A DNA stretch of 64,000 nucleotides from an uncultured Pseudomonadota bacterium. Its GTDB lineage: Bacteria; Pseudomonadota; Alphaproteobacteria; JACZXZ01. The notes beneath the pieces are model-generated. The model was not told where the DNA came from. It ran no database searches and saw only the letters and a list, made by a program, of their open reading frames with translations. The stretch is taken from the NCBI GenBank assembly GCA_963749075.1, contig CAVVLJ010000016.1:288001-352000 (forward strand), written 5' to 3'. Position numbers and translations under genes: made by a program. Below are positions 21,247-31,787 of the stretch, piece by piece; position 1 is the stretch's first letter, and each line of letters opens with the position of its first letter.

Positions 21247-22041
21247 ATGGCAACGGCGCCGATCAGGGAGGGCGAGCTCCACTACGAAGTGCAGGGCAGC
21301 GGCCCGACCGTCGTCCTCGTCTCGGGGCTCGGCGGCCTGGGAAGCTTCTGGCACCGGCAGGTGCCGGCGTTGGCCGAGCGCTTCTCAGTGGTCACCTTCG
21401 ACCACCGCGGTAGCGGCCGCAGCAGCAAATCCCCCCCGCCCTACTCGATCGACGGCATGGTCGAGGACGTGCTGGCTCTGCTGGGCCGTCTCGGCCGCGG
21501 AAAGGTGCGCTACGTCGGGCACTCGACCGGTGGCGCCATTGGCCAGCGGCTGGCGGCACGGCATCCGGAACGGCTCGCTGCACTCGTCCTCTCCGCGACC
21601 TGGACGCACCCCGACGCGTATTTCCAGCGGCTCTTCCGGCTGCGCCGCGACGTGCTGCGCACCGCGGGCGGCGAGCTCTATGGCCGGCTTGCCACGCTCC
21701 TCGTCTACCCGTCCGAGTGGATCGCACGCCACAGCACGGAGCTCGAGGTGCCCGAGGCAAGACCTTGGAGCCCGTTGGACGTGGAAATTCTCGCCGCCAA
21801 AATCGAGGCGCTCCTCTCCTTCGACGCCCGCAGCGACCTGGCGGCGATCCGCTCGCCAACGCTCGTGCTGGCGGCCGAGGACGACGTGACCGTGCCGAGC
21901 TACTTCGCCCCGTCGCTTCAGGAGCACATCCCAGGCGCGCGTCTCCATCTCCTCCGGTCAGGCGGCCATTATTGCCCGATTACGCGGGCGGAGGAGTACA
22001 ACGCCGCGCTGCTGCGATTTCTGGAGACCGTCGCCGAATAA
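21247..22041 (+). CDS. Alpha/beta hydrolase, RutD (aminoacrylate hydrolase)-like
   Basis: VSGLGGLGSFW..Q, DHRGSGRS, GHSTGG, GGH. Confidence 0.8.
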   Translation: MATAPIREGELHYEVQGSGPTVVLVSGLGGLGSFWHRQVPALAERFSVVTFDHRGSGRSSKSPPPYSIDGMVEDVLALLGRLGRGKVRYVGHSTGGAIGQRLAARHPERLAALVLSATWTHPDAYFQRLFRLRRDVLRTAGGELYGRLATLLVYPSEWIARHSTELEVPEARPWSPLDVEILAAKIEALLSFDARSDLAAIRSPTLVLAAEDDVTVPSYFAPSLQEHIPGARLHLLRSGGHYCPITRAEEYNAALLRFLETVAE

Positions 22042-22220
22042 TCTGTGAACCGGAGCATCGAGTTTCAACCGCGACTACCGCAATCATCGTTGACCGATCA
22101 TTCGTCAAGCAGCATGGGCGCCCGCACGCGAAGCAGTTGCCGGATGTACGGAGTGCACTATCGCTTGGCTACAGTATGGTCCGCCGCTTCCGCAACTGAC
22201 CGCACTGAGTAGAAAATGCA

Positions 22221-22270
22221 CCTTTCCCACTGAGTTGCCCTTTTCAGCCTGTCACCGTTTCGGAAATCGG
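22221..22270. repeat. ~50-bp imperfect direct repeat, copy 1 (partner at ~38705)
   Basis: Exact core CACTGAGTTGCCCTTTTC followed by .GCCT.TCACCG. Confidence 0.7.
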
Positions 22271-22349
22271 CCGAGAACTTAGCGCGGAGGTTCATCAGAG
22301 CTGGACATGGAGCTGCCGTCGGCCCGCGCGCCTCCTGAGCCAGCCACCG

Positions 22350-23666
22350 TCATGCGAGAAGTCGGTCCAGCTCATCGCGCAGTCGGTAATACCCGCCAAT
22401 CAACGGAAGGAACCAGGGATTGCCGTTGTAGAGCGGATGCTCGGGAAACTCGGGTGTATCGAAGGCGCAGCGGCAGTTCGCGGCGCCGACGATCTTGCGC
22501 GCCGTCTGATAGCCGAGATAGGTCATCATGGCGACGCCGCTGCCGTTGCAGCCAAGCGCGTAGTGCATGCCGTCGTCACGGCCCATGTGCGGTACCGCGT
22601 CGAGCGTGAAGGCGACGTTCCCGGTCCAGGCATGGGTGATGCGGACCCCGCGCAGCTGCGGGAAGCGCGCGAGCATGAAGCGGTGGAGGATCGGCGCGCT
22701 CGTCGCGGGCTCGACCGGCGTGAAGCGCGCCCGGCCGCCGAAGATGACGCGCTTGCCGTCCGGCGACATGCGGTAGTAGCAGAGCACGCGCCGCGTGTCG
22801 GAGAGCGTGCGACCCTTCGGAATGAGGCTCGCCGCAAGATCGGCGCTCAATTCCTCGGTGGCGATGATGTGGCTCGCGACCGGCACGAGCCGGCGCTTGA
22901 GGCGCGGCGTCGCGTCCCCGGTATAGCCGTTGGTCGCGATCACGACCTCGTCGGCCTCGACGGTGCCGCGCGCCGTCTCGAGGCGCCAGCGGGTGCCGAT
23001 CCGCTCGATCTTCCGCACCGGCGCACTTCCGCAAATTGCCACCTTGCGCCTCCGGGCCGCGGCCAGCAGCCCCTTGTAGTAGAGCGCCGGATGGAGCTTG
23101 GCGGAGCGCTCGACGACCATGCCGCCGTAATAGTAGTCGCTTGCGATCTCCTCCCTCTGCCGCTCGCGAGGCAGCATGGCGCAGCCGGAGTTGGCCGCCC
23201 GGTTGAGCTGCGCCACGCGGCCGGCGAGCGCTCGATAGTGCTTGGGAGTCCAGGCGCCGACGAACCGGCCGCGCTTCTCCCAGAAACAGTCGATGCTCTC
23301 GCGCGCGATGATGCGCTCGATGAGCGAGAAAGCGTCCGCGGCGTCCGAGATCAGGCGCTCGGCACGCTCGGAACCTGCGTCTATGGACTTGCCGGTGAAG
23401 CTCTTTCCCACGTTCACGCCGCCGCTCACCGCGCCGCCGCTCCGCGTGCTCGCACCGGAGCCGGGCTCGTTCGCCTCGATGACGGTCGCCTCGCAGCCAT
23501 TGTCGGCAAGCTCGATCGCCGCGGTGAGCCCCGCATAACCGCCGCCGACGATGGCGACCGCAGTGCGGCCGGGAAGCTCCCCTTCGGCGCCCTCGGAGGT
23601 CGGCCTCCAGGCCTCCCACCAATAGGGCATCGCCTTGAAGTCCGGATGAATGATGCCGTCGCGCAT
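22350..23666 (-). CDS. FAD-dependent oxidoreductase (DAO/PuuB-like amine oxidase)
   Basis: GGGYAG, GASTRSGG, ATNGY, GCNGSGVA. Confidence 0.9.
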   Translation of the reverse strand: MRDGIIHPDFKAMPYWWEAWRPTSEGAEGELPGRTAVAIVGGGYAGLTAAIELADNGCEATVIEANEPGSGASTRSGGAVSGGVNVGKSFTGKSIDAGSERAERLISDAADAFSLIERIIARESIDCFWEKRGRFVGAWTPKHYRALAGRVAQLNRAANSGCAMLPRERQREEIASDYYYGGMVVERSAKLHPALYYKGLLAAARRRKVAICGSAPVRKIERIGTRWRLETARGTVEADEVVIATNGYTGDATPRLKRRLVPVASHIIATEELSADLAASLIPKGRTLSDTRRVLCYYRMSPDGKRVIFGGRARFTPVEPATSAPILHRFMLARFPQLRGVRITHAWTGNVAFTLDAVPHMGRDDGMHYALGCNGSGVAMMTYLGYQTARKIVGAANCRCAFDTPEFPEHPLYNGNPWFLPLIGGYYRLRDELDRLLA

Positions 23667-23687
23667 GCTCTCCTGCCTTGCCCCGCG

Positions 23688-24074
23688 CTATGACTGGTCG
23701 CGGGGCGTCACGCTGATCATGGTGGCGCGCGCCACCAGTTCCGCCGGCTCGACGATCTCCCACCGCCGCGGGACCCCGGCCGGCACCCCGGCCCTGATAT
23801 GGCGCCAAGCTTCGAGGCTGATCCGGCGCGAGCGGCGTCCCCGGGAGACCAACGTCGCGCGGATCTCGACATAGTCGCCCACGTGAAGCGGCATCAGGAA
23901 TTGGACGCCCTCATAGGCGGCCAGCAATCCCGCGCGTCCGCTCGCGCGCAGGCCGAGCTCGGTCGAGCAGTCGGCGAAGAGGCGCATGATCGTGGCCGCG
24001 GGGATGAGGTGGCTGCGGTGGTGCGTGTCCCGCGTGCCCAACCGCACGCGGAGCATCGACGCTGGTTGCGCCAT
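23688..24074 (-). CDS. Hotdog-fold protein, 3-aminobutyryl-CoA / beta-alanyl-CoA ammonia-lyase (Kal/Acl)-like
   Basis: RVRL...DTH...RLFADCSTEL...GLLAAYE..FL.P..GDYVE...G.RSR...EA matches the Kal pattern as recalled. Confidence 0.7.
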   Translation of the reverse strand: MAQPASMLRVRLGTRDTHHRSHLIPAATIMRLFADCSTELGLRASGRAGLLAAYEGVQFLMPLHVGDYVEIRATLVSRGRRSRRISLEAWRHIRAGVPAGVPRRWEIVEPAELVARATMISVTPRDQS

Positions 24075-24109
24075 CTCGCGCCTCCTCCTTGCTGCCGACC
24101 GTCGGACGC

Positions 24110-24520
24110 TTACCCGCGCGGTGGCGCCTCTCGCGGCCGGACGCCGACCATGACCGCCTGGGCGACAAGCTCTGGCGGGTCATGAAAGACGCCGCCCGAG
24201 AGGCCGCCGCCGAGCTCCTTCGTCTCCATCGAGCGGCGCGCCTCGAGCTGCGTCCGCCGGGAGCGGTTCCCCTTGCTGAGCAGCTTCGCGCGAATCTCGA
24301 GGTAATCGCCGGCATAGACCGGCTTGAAGAACTCGGCCTTTTCATAGGCGGCGAGGTAGCCGTCGACGCCGTCCATGCGGATGCCGATCTCCGAGGCGCA
24401 ATCGGCGAAGAGCCGCAGAAGCGTCGCGGCGGGGATCAGGCCGTTGGGATAGTGCGTGTCGTGCAATCCGAGGCGTATCCTCAGATAACCGTCCGGTTCC
24501 TTGGTTTCCGTGCCTTGCAT
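24110..24520 (-). CDS. Hotdog-fold protein, Kal/Acl-like (second tandem paralogue)
   Basis: RIRLGLHDTHY...LFADCASEI.IRMDGVDGYLAAYEKAEFFKPVYAGDYLE...GNRSR..LEARR. Confidence 0.75.
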   Translation of the reverse strand: MQGTETKEPDGYLRIRLGLHDTHYPNGLIPAATLLRLFADCASEIGIRMDGVDGYLAAYEKAEFFKPVYAGDYLEIRAKLLSKGNRSRRTQLEARRSMETKELGGGLSGGVFHDPPELVAQAVMVGVRPREAPPRG

Positions 24521-24543
24521 AGTCTCCTCCCTCATGGCGGCAG

Positions 24544-25416
24544 TCAGCCGAGGATGCGGTCGAGCAGCGCCTCGGCGTTCTTCTTGAGAAACTTCTCAAG
24601 GACCGTGTCCTTGAGCTCGAGCAACGGGATTTCCTCGAGCAGCCTGTCGTGCGACAGCATCGGCCAGTCGGAGCCGAACAGAATGCGATCCTGCAAGACC
24701 GAGTTCATGAAGTGCCGCATCGGCTGCCAGCCACCGTCGGGCGCGGCGAGATAGCGCGGTGCGATGGCGCCGAACTCGAGATAGACGTTGGGGTGCTTCC
24801 AGGCGACAGCGACCGCCTCGGCCGCCCAGGGCCAGCCGCCGTGGTTGCAGATGATGACGAGCTCGGGATAGTGGCAGGCGAGCTCGTCAACGAAACCCGG
24901 ATGGCCGTGCCGGATGGGGCTGTTGGTGGAGAAGTTGACGCCGACGTGAATGCCGACCGGGATACCAAGCTCGGCCGCCTTGGCATAGAGCGGCCAGCAG
25001 CGCTTGTCGGTGATGTCCATATTGAAGAAGTCCGCCATCATCGCGAGGCCGCGCAGTCCGAGCTCACTGTGGCAGCGGTTGATCTCCCGGATGGCCCCGA
25101 GGCCGTCGCGCGGGTCGGCGGCGCCGAAGCCGGCAACGAAGCAGTCGGGATCGCGGCGCATCACGGCAGCGGCGCGGTCGTTCGACGCCGCGGTATTTCC
25201 CGCCACCGGCTCCGATTGGACGACGGCCCGGATCTTGAGCCGGCGCAAGTCGGAGACGAGGCTCGCATGGGTGTGCTGGTCGCGGAATCCGGTGCCATAG
25301 ACCCGGTCGTAGCCGCCGAGCGTGGGCGCGCGGGCTGGCTGGGGGTCGGCGTCCGTCCAGCGCCAGGAGGGCTGGACGCGCATGTCAATTGCGGCAAGGC
25401 CGGCGGTTGCGATCAT
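24544..25416 (-). CDS. Amidohydrolase_2 family protein
   Basis: LYAKAAELGIPVGIH, ICNHGGWPW, ILFGSDWP. Confidence 0.88.
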   Translation of the reverse strand: MIATAGLAAIDMRVQPSWRWTDADPQPARAPTLGGYDRVYGTGFRDQHTHASLVSDLRRLKIRAVVQSEPVAGNTAASNDRAAAVMRRDPDCFVAGFGAADPRDGLGAIREINRCHSELGLRGLAMMADFFNMDITDKRCWPLYAKAAELGIPVGIHVGVNFSTNSPIRHGHPGFVDELACHYPELVIICNHGGWPWAAEAVAVAWKHPNVYLEFGAIAPRYLAAPDGGWQPMRHFMNSVLQDRILFGSDWPMLSHDRLLEEIPLLELKDTVLEKFLKKNAEALLDRILG

Positions 25417-26234
25417 GGCGCTTCTCCCTTGAGGCGCCGGGCCTCGAAGCGCAGGCGGACCAGCTCCGATGCGCCGAAGGCGAGCAGCACGAGGAGGAGT
25501 AGCAGCGTCGAGACCGCGGCGATGGTCGGATTGATCTCGGTCCGGAGGTAGTTGAACATGCGCAAAGGCAGTGTCGTGCCGGCGCCGCCGCCGATGAAGA
25601 TCACCATGATGATCTCGTCCCACGAGGCGATGAAGGCGAATACCGCCGCGGCGAAGATGCTGGGGTAGAGGACGGGCAACGTGATGCGGCCGAGCGTCCG
25701 CCACACCGAGGCGCCCATCGTGTAGGAGGCCTCCTCGAGGCGGCGGTCGACGCGCTGGAACCCCGCCACCATGAGAACGACGGTGAAGGGCAGCGCAAGG
25801 ATGGTGTGGGCGAGCACGATGCCGATGAAGCTGCCGACGAGGTGGAAGGTCACATAGACGCTGTAGACCGCGATCGCGACGACGATCGAGGGCACGATCA
25901 GGGGCGTCATCAGGATCGTGCGGATCACGCCGATGCCCGGAAACGGCATGCGCACGATCACGAACGCCGAGAGCGATCCGATGGCGACCGAGAGCACGAC
26001 GACGGTGCTCGCGATCTCGACGCTCAGGATCGTCGCGTCCATCCACTGCGGGTCCTCGAAGAAGTCCCGGTACCACTGGAGCGAGAAGCCCGGCGGCGGG
26101 AATTGCAGATAAAGGCCCGAGCTGAACGACACCGGAATGACGACGATCAGCGGGATGACGAGAAAGGCGAACACCCCGATGCAGTAGCTCCAGAGCAGGA
26201 GCTTCGGCAGCCGCGCTAGCCAGGACTCCGCCAT
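25413..26234 (-). CDS. PotC-like ABC permease
   Basis: FPPPGFSLQWY; LEEASYTMGA; ASWDE. Confidence 0.9.
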   Translation of the reverse strand: MAESWLARLPKLLLWSYCIGVFAFLVIPLIVVIPVSFSSGLYLQFPPPGFSLQWYRDFFEDPQWMDATILSVEIASTVVVLSVAIGSLSAFVIVRMPFPGIGVIRTILMTPLIVPSIVVAIAVYSVYVTFHLVGSFIGIVLAHTILALPFTVVLMVAGFQRVDRRLEEASYTMGASVWRTLGRITLPVLYPSIFAAAVFAFIASWDEIIMVIFIGGGAGTTLPLRMFNYLRTEINPTIAAVSTLLLLLVLLAFGASELVRLRFEARRLKGEAP

Positions 26235-27097
26235 CACCTGGCCCCCACGTCGCGAAAGAGCCGGTCGAAGCCGAGCAGCCGGTCGTAGAGGACGAAGAGC
26301 CCGACGACGATGGCGATCAGGATGACCGCCATCGCGGTCCCTTCGCCCCAGTCGAGCAGCTGGATCTGCTGCTGGATGTAGACGGAGATCGTGGTTTCCT
26401 GCGGGCTGCCGAGGAGCGCCGGCGTGATGTAGAAACCCATCGCCAGAATGAAGACGAGAAGACAGCCGGCATAGACCCCGGGCAGCGAGAGCGGCAGATA
26501 GATGCGGAGGAAGGTCTGCCGCCAGCTCGAGCCCATGCTGCTCGCCGCCTCGATGAGGCTGCGGTCGATCCCGAGCATCGTGGAGTAGAGCGAGAGGATC
26601 ATGAACGGCAGGAGGTAATGGCTCATGCCGACGATCACCGCGAAGCGGTCGTAAAGCAGCGGCACCGGACGCGCGGTCAGATCGAGGCTGGCCAGCATCT
26701 CGTTGATGATGCCGTGGCGGCCGAGCAGCACCATCCAGGCATACATGCGAACGAGCAGGCTGGTCCAGAACGGCAGGAGGACCAGCATCATGAGGAGGTT
26801 CGCCCGCCGCCGCGGCAGCTGGCTGAGGAGGTAGCTGACCGGATAGGCGAGCAGGAGCGTCGCCACGGTGCACTGGGCCGAGATCTCCAGCGTCGTCTCG
26901 ATGATCTGCCAGAGCGTCGGATCGGTGACCGCCTCGACGTAGTTCCCGAAACCGGGCGACGGGTCGAAGAAGCTCTGCAGAAAGAGCCGGAACAGCGGAT
27001 AGAGGAAGAGGAGCACGATCAAGGCGATGCCGGGCGCGAGCAGGACGGCAGGCAGCAGCAGGCGGGCCTTGCCGCCCCGCGTCGCGTCGGCATGCAT
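26234..27097 (-). CDS. PotB-like ABC permease
   Basis: LPFWTSLLVRMYAW; GFYITPALLG; start uncertain (up to 27136). Confidence 0.88.
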   Translation of the reverse strand: MHADATRGGKARLLLPAVLLAPGIALIVLLFLYPLFRLFLQSFFDPSPGFGNYVEAVTDPTLWQIIETTLEISAQCTVATLLLAYPVSYLLSQLPRRRANLLMMLVLLPFWTSLLVRMYAWMVLLGRHGIINEMLASLDLTARPVPLLYDRFAVIVGMSHYLLPFMILSLYSTMLGIDRSLIEAASSMGSSWRQTFLRIYLPLSLPGVYAGCLLVFILAMGFYITPALLGSPQETTISVYIQQQIQLLDWGEGTAMAVILIAIVVGLFVLYDRLLGFDRLFRDVGAR

Positions 27098-27125
27098 GCT
27101 CTTCAGCCTCTCCCCGGAGCGGTCG

Positions 27126-28184
27126 TCACTTCGCAATCACCCAGCTGGTGAAGCGTTTCTCGGCGGCCAGCCCGTTCGCCTCCCACCAGGTGTCGTCGGA
27201 GACCAGCGTCACGGCGAGATGCTGGGGCGAGGTGGCGAGATAATCCCGCACGTTCTCCGGCAGGAGCGCCGCATCGCCCTTGTTGCCACCGGCGTAGCCG
27301 CTGAGCTTCGCCTGCTCGGCCTGGCGCTTGGCGTCCTGCATCCAGGCAATCAGCTTGAGCGCGTTGTCGTAGTGCTTGGCGCCCTTGGGGATCGCCCACC
27401 AGGAGGTGCGCAGAATGGCATCCTCCCAGGCGGCGCCGAGCGGCGCCTTGTCCTTGACCACGAGCTGGTAGGGCCTGCCGTTCCAGGCGGTGCCCATCAC
27501 GCAGTCCCTGTTGACGATGACCTGGACGGACTGCGCACCGCTCGTCCACCACACCGCCACGTCCTTCTTGAGTTTGTCGAGCTCCTTGTAGGCGACGTCC
27601 TGATTGATCGGATAGACCTTGTCGCGCGGCACGCCGGCGTGCATGACGCCGAGCTCGAGATTGTCGTAGGCATCCTTCCACAGGCAGCGCGGCCCCGGGA
27701 AGTCCTTCTGGTTCCAAAGATCCATGAGCGACGTCGGGTGCTTGCCCGACATCGGCCAGAGATTGGTGTTCCAGACGAGGACCGTCGAATAGGGTCCGTC
27801 CCAGACCCCGTAGTCGTTGTAGGCATCCTTCGGCAATTCGGCGGTCGGGATCTTCGAGAGATCGAGCTTCCCGAGCAGGCCGTTCTTCGCCGCCCGCAGG
27901 AAGTCGCCGTCGTCGATCTCGGTCACGTCCCATTCGACGTTGCCGCTCATGACCATGGCCTTGAGCTTGGCGTCGTCGACGGGCGCGCTGCTCACCACCT
28001 TGATCCCGGTCGCCTGCGTGAAGGGATCCCAGTGGATCTTACGATTGATGTCGTCGAGCACGCCGCCCGACGAGTTGATGTAGACGACTTTCTCCTGCGC
28101 CAGCGCCGGCGTGGAGAGCCCCCAGGCCGACAGAGCGCCGGCCGCGGCGATCACCGCTAAGACTGTGCGGTACCTTGCTCGCAT
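27126..28184 (-). CDS. PotD/PotF-like ABC substrate-binding protein
   Basis: Signal peptide; KLKAMV.SGNVEWDV; DFPGPR; AWNGR. Confidence 0.9.
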   Translation of the reverse strand: MRARYRTVLAVIAAAGALSAWGLSTPALAQEKVVYINSSGGVLDDINRKIHWDPFTQATGIKVVSSAPVDDAKLKAMVMSGNVEWDVTEIDDGDFLRAAKNGLLGKLDLSKIPTAELPKDAYNDYGVWDGPYSTVLVWNTNLWPMSGKHPTSLMDLWNQKDFPGPRCLWKDAYDNLELGVMHAGVPRDKVYPINQDVAYKELDKLKKDVAVWWTSGAQSVQVIVNRDCVMGTAWNGRPYQLVVKDKAPLGAAWEDAILRTSWWAIPKGAKHYDNALKLIAWMQDAKRQAEQAKLSGYAGGNKGDAALLPENVRDYLATSPQHLAVTLVSDDTWWEANGLAAEKRFTSWVIAK

Positions 28185-28218
28185 GGCATCCTCCTTTACC
28201 TGTGCTTGTTGTGCTTTC

Positions 28219-29343
28219 TCACTCGGCCGGGAAGACTCCCATGTCGGCGAAATCCCAGCCGATCGTCACACTTTCGCCGACCCGAAGAAGATCCTTCTTG
28301 TTTCCCGCGATCTCGGCGCTCACGATCTCCCCGTTCTCGAGCGCGCAGCTCACGTCGATGACGTTGCCGACGAAGGTGATCTTGACGACGCGCGCGGCAA
28401 AATGCAGCTCGGGCGGCGGCGCATCGCCGATCCTGACGAATTCGGGCCGGACCGAGACTTGGCACGGTGCGTCGACGGCGACCCCCGCGACCTTCGCCGC
28501 GGCAAAACGCGTTCCGGCATCCGTCACGAGGACCGGCCCATTGGCGGCCGAGCATTCGACGGTGCAGCGAAAGAGGTTCGTCGTGCCGACGAAATCGGCG
28601 ACGAAGCTGCTCGTGGGATGGCGATAGACGGTGACCGGGTCGCCGATCTGGTAGATGCGCCCCTCCTGCATGACCGCGATGCGGTCGGACATGGTCAGCG
28701 CCTCCTCCTGGTCGTGCGTCACGTAGATGCACGAGATGCGCAGGTCCTGCTGCAGCTGCCTGAGCTCGAGCTGCATGTGCCGGCGCAACTTGCGGTCGAG
28801 CGCGCCGAGCGGCTCGTCCATCAGGAGCACGGCCGGCTCGTAGACGAGCGCGCGCGCCACCGCGACGCGCTGCTGCTGACCGCCGCTCAACTGCGCCGGC
28901 TGGCGGCGCCCGAGGCCATGGAGGTTGACCCTTGCCAGCGCCTGGTCGACCCGCGCGCCGAGCTCGCGCGGCTTTACGCCGCGGATGCGCAGCGGATAGG
29001 CGATGTTCTCGAAAACCGAGAGATGCGGGAAAAGTGCGTAATTCTGGAACACGAAGCCGACGCCGCGTCGCTGTGTCGGCTTCAGCGAGACGTCCTCGCC
29101 CGCGATGAAGACCTGACCTGCGCTCGGCATCGTGAGACCCGCGATGATGCGGAGGAGGGTGGACTTGCCCGACCCGCTCGGCCCAAGGAGCGTCATGAAC
29201 TCGCCGGGCCGGACTTCGAGCGACACGTCGTCGAGTGCCGTGACGCTGCCGAAGCGATGCGTGATGCGCAGAAGGTGCACCGCGGCGGCGACCGCCGCCC
29301 GGCCGGCCGCCGTGCCGCGATCTCCATTTCCGCCCGTTGTCAC
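28219..29343 (-). CDS. PotA-like ABC ATP-binding protein
   Basis: [31 protein letters not shown]. Confidence 0.93.
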   Translation of the reverse strand: MTTGGNGDRGTAAGRAAVAAAVHLLRITHRFGSVTALDDVSLEVRPGEFMTLLGPSGSGKSTLLRIIAGLTMPSAGQVFIAGEDVSLKPTQRRGVGFVFQNYALFPHLSVFENIAYPLRIRGVKPRELGARVDQALARVNLHGLGRRQPAQLSGGQQQRVAVARALVYEPAVLLMDEPLGALDRKLRRHMQLELRQLQQDLRISCIYVTHDQEEALTMSDRIAVMQEGRIYQIGDPVTVYRHPTSSFVADFVGTTNLFRCTVECSAANGPVLVTDAGTRFAAAKVAGVAVDAPCQVSVRPEFVRIGDAPPPELHFAARVVKITFVGNVIDVSCALENGEIVSAEIAGNKKDLLRVGESVTIGWDFADMGVFPAE

Positions 29344-29364
29344 TGCGGTCCCATCCGAGCCACC

Positions 29365-31787
29365 TCAAGACGGCAGCGGCGAGCCGGCGGGCGTTCCGCC
29401 GATGACGCCGCGCGCGCGCAAATGGGCGATCTCGCCGTCGCTCTTGCCGAGGATCGAGCGCAGCACGTCGTCCGTGGCACTGTCGAAGAGCGGCGCGCTC
29501 GTCCGCGTGCGCACTTCGGCGCCGCGGATCGAGAAGCCCGGCCGCGGGTGCGGCTTCTCGCCCACGACCGGGTGCGCCACCCGCTCGAAGAACCCGCGCG
29601 CCGAGAGATGGACGTCCCGGTAGAGCTCGTCCACCTTGAGCACGGAGCCGGCCGGCACGCCGCGCGCGGCGAGAGCCTCCATCGCCGCACCCTTGGGCCG
29701 CGCCATGGTCCAGCGGCGCACACGGTCGAGCGCCTCGGACGCCGTGCCCGACGCCTCGAGCGGCGGGCCGCCGATCGCCTCGGCGACGGCGCGCCATTGC
29801 GCGGGCGAGGCGACCGAGACCGCGATCCACTCATCGACGCCGGCAGAGGGCAGCACCTCGTTGAGCTGCAGATCCGGCCGCGCATTGCCGCCCGGCTCCT
29901 CGGGAGTCCCGGTCAGCTGATAGCGGAGCACGGCCTCGCCGATCATGTGGAGCACGCATTCCTGGTGCGAGACGTTCGATCCAGAAGTCCCGCTCCCGTC
30001 TGCGCGCGGCGCATCAGTCCGAGCATCACGGCGAGCGCGCCGTAATGACCGACGAGCGGGTCGGGATAGGCGATGCCGGCGCGGATCGGCATGCCCGGCT
30101 CATAGCCCGAGAGGCGCGCGAGCCCGCCCGCGCCCTCGAGCGTCTCGCCGTAGCCGACGAACTCGCGATAGGGACCCTGGGAGCCGAAGGCCGGCATGGT
30201 CACGAGCACGAGGCGCGGATTGATGTGCTGCACCGTCGCCCAGTCGAGCCCCCACTTGGGCAGCACGCGCGCCGAGAAGTTGTTGATGAGGACGTCGCTC
30301 TGGCGCACGAGCGCGTGCATCAGCTCCCGGCCCTCGGGTGCGTCCATGTTGATCACGGCCGAGCGCTTGTTGCGGTTCCATTCGTGATAGTAGCCGCCGG
30401 TCTCGTGCGGCGGCGACAGATTGCGCGCGTCCAGGGAAACGTAGCGCGTGCCGTCGGGACGGCGGCCGCCTTCGACCTTGATGAGCTCGGCGCCGAGGAA
30501 GCCGAGCTGCAGCCCACTGAACGGCCCCGCCCAGGCGTGGGTCACGTCGAGGACGCGGATGCCGTCGAGCGGCAGGATCGGCGAGGGTGCAGCACAGGAA
30601 CCGGTCGGCCGCCGCGCGCCCGCTCGCCGCAAGGCGCCCTTATGCTCGCCGAGGGCGGGTGCGGGCGCCTCGCGGCTGGCGCCGGTCGAGAAGACGTACG
30701 GCAGCTTGGGATATTTGAGTCGGCCCGCCAACGGATCCTCGACCACCGCGAAATGCTCGCGCGCAAGGAGCTGCGGGTCCTCGAGCAGCTCCGGCACCGA
30801 GGCGGCGATGCACGACGGCAACCGGTGCCTCTGGCATTCGACGAGCGCCTCTCGCGAGCTGAGCGCGGCGAACCAGTCTCTCATCGCGGCCTCGATCTCG
30901 GCACCCCTGCGCAGCCGGCCCGCGAGCGTGCGGAGCTCCTCGTCGGCGAGCCATTCAGGGCGTCCGACCATGGCGCAAAATTCACACCATTGCACTTCGG
31001 TATAGACGCAGATGAGGAAGTAGCCGTCGCGCGTCCGGTAGATGTCGGTGAGCGGCGTCCTGTCCTGCAGGCGATTGCCGTAGCGGCCACGCTCGGCGCC
31101 GAGATAGCTGTAGCGGTTGAGTGTGGTGTCGAGCGCGCTCGCGAGCGCCTCCTGCTCGGATATATCGAGAAAGCGCGGGGAGCCGTCCTGCTGCGAGCGC
31201 AGAAGCGCCGCAAGCGCCACCTCGGCCCCGAGCACGCCGCCGAAGAGCGCCGGCTGGTGACCATAGGGGAGAAGCGGCTCGCGCTCCGCCGATCCGGTGA
31301 GATAAAGATGGCCGGAGAGCGCGAAGACGGTCAGGTCGGTCGCCGGCCGATCAGCGTAGGGGCCGCTGCAGCCGTAGGGCGTGATCGCCGCGACGACGAT
31401 GCCAGGCCGCAGGATGCAGAGAGAAGCGAAATCGAAACCCGCCTCGGCCGCGGCGCGGTCGGTAAGATCGTGAATGACCAGATCGGCGCCCGCCACGAGC
31501 TCGCCGAGCTCCGCGCGCCCCGCGGCGCCATTGCGCTCGAGGACGACGCTCTCCTTGCCGGCGGCGAGGTAAAGGAAAAGGGCGCTCGCCTCGCTGCCGT
31601 CCCCGAGCCGCGCGCGCGGCGCGGCGCGGCGAAGCGGATGACCCTCCGGCGGCTCCACCATCACGACATCGACGCCCATCTCCGCGAGCAGCTTGCCGCA
31701 GAAGGCGACGCCTACCGAGCCACCGAGCTCGAGTGCCGTCAAGCTCGAAAGAAGCGGCCGTTCCGCCGCGCGCGGCGCGTCGCTCAT
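29365..31787 (-). CDS. Fused two-domain CaiB/BaiF (family III) CoA-transferase; frame broken at ~29975-29990
   Basis: Two CaiB repeats (LLAEMGVDVVMVEPPEG; LDGIRVLDVTHAWAGP...NRNKRS); removing two bases restores GLWIDVSHQE into ORF 29365..29955. Confidence 0.82.
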
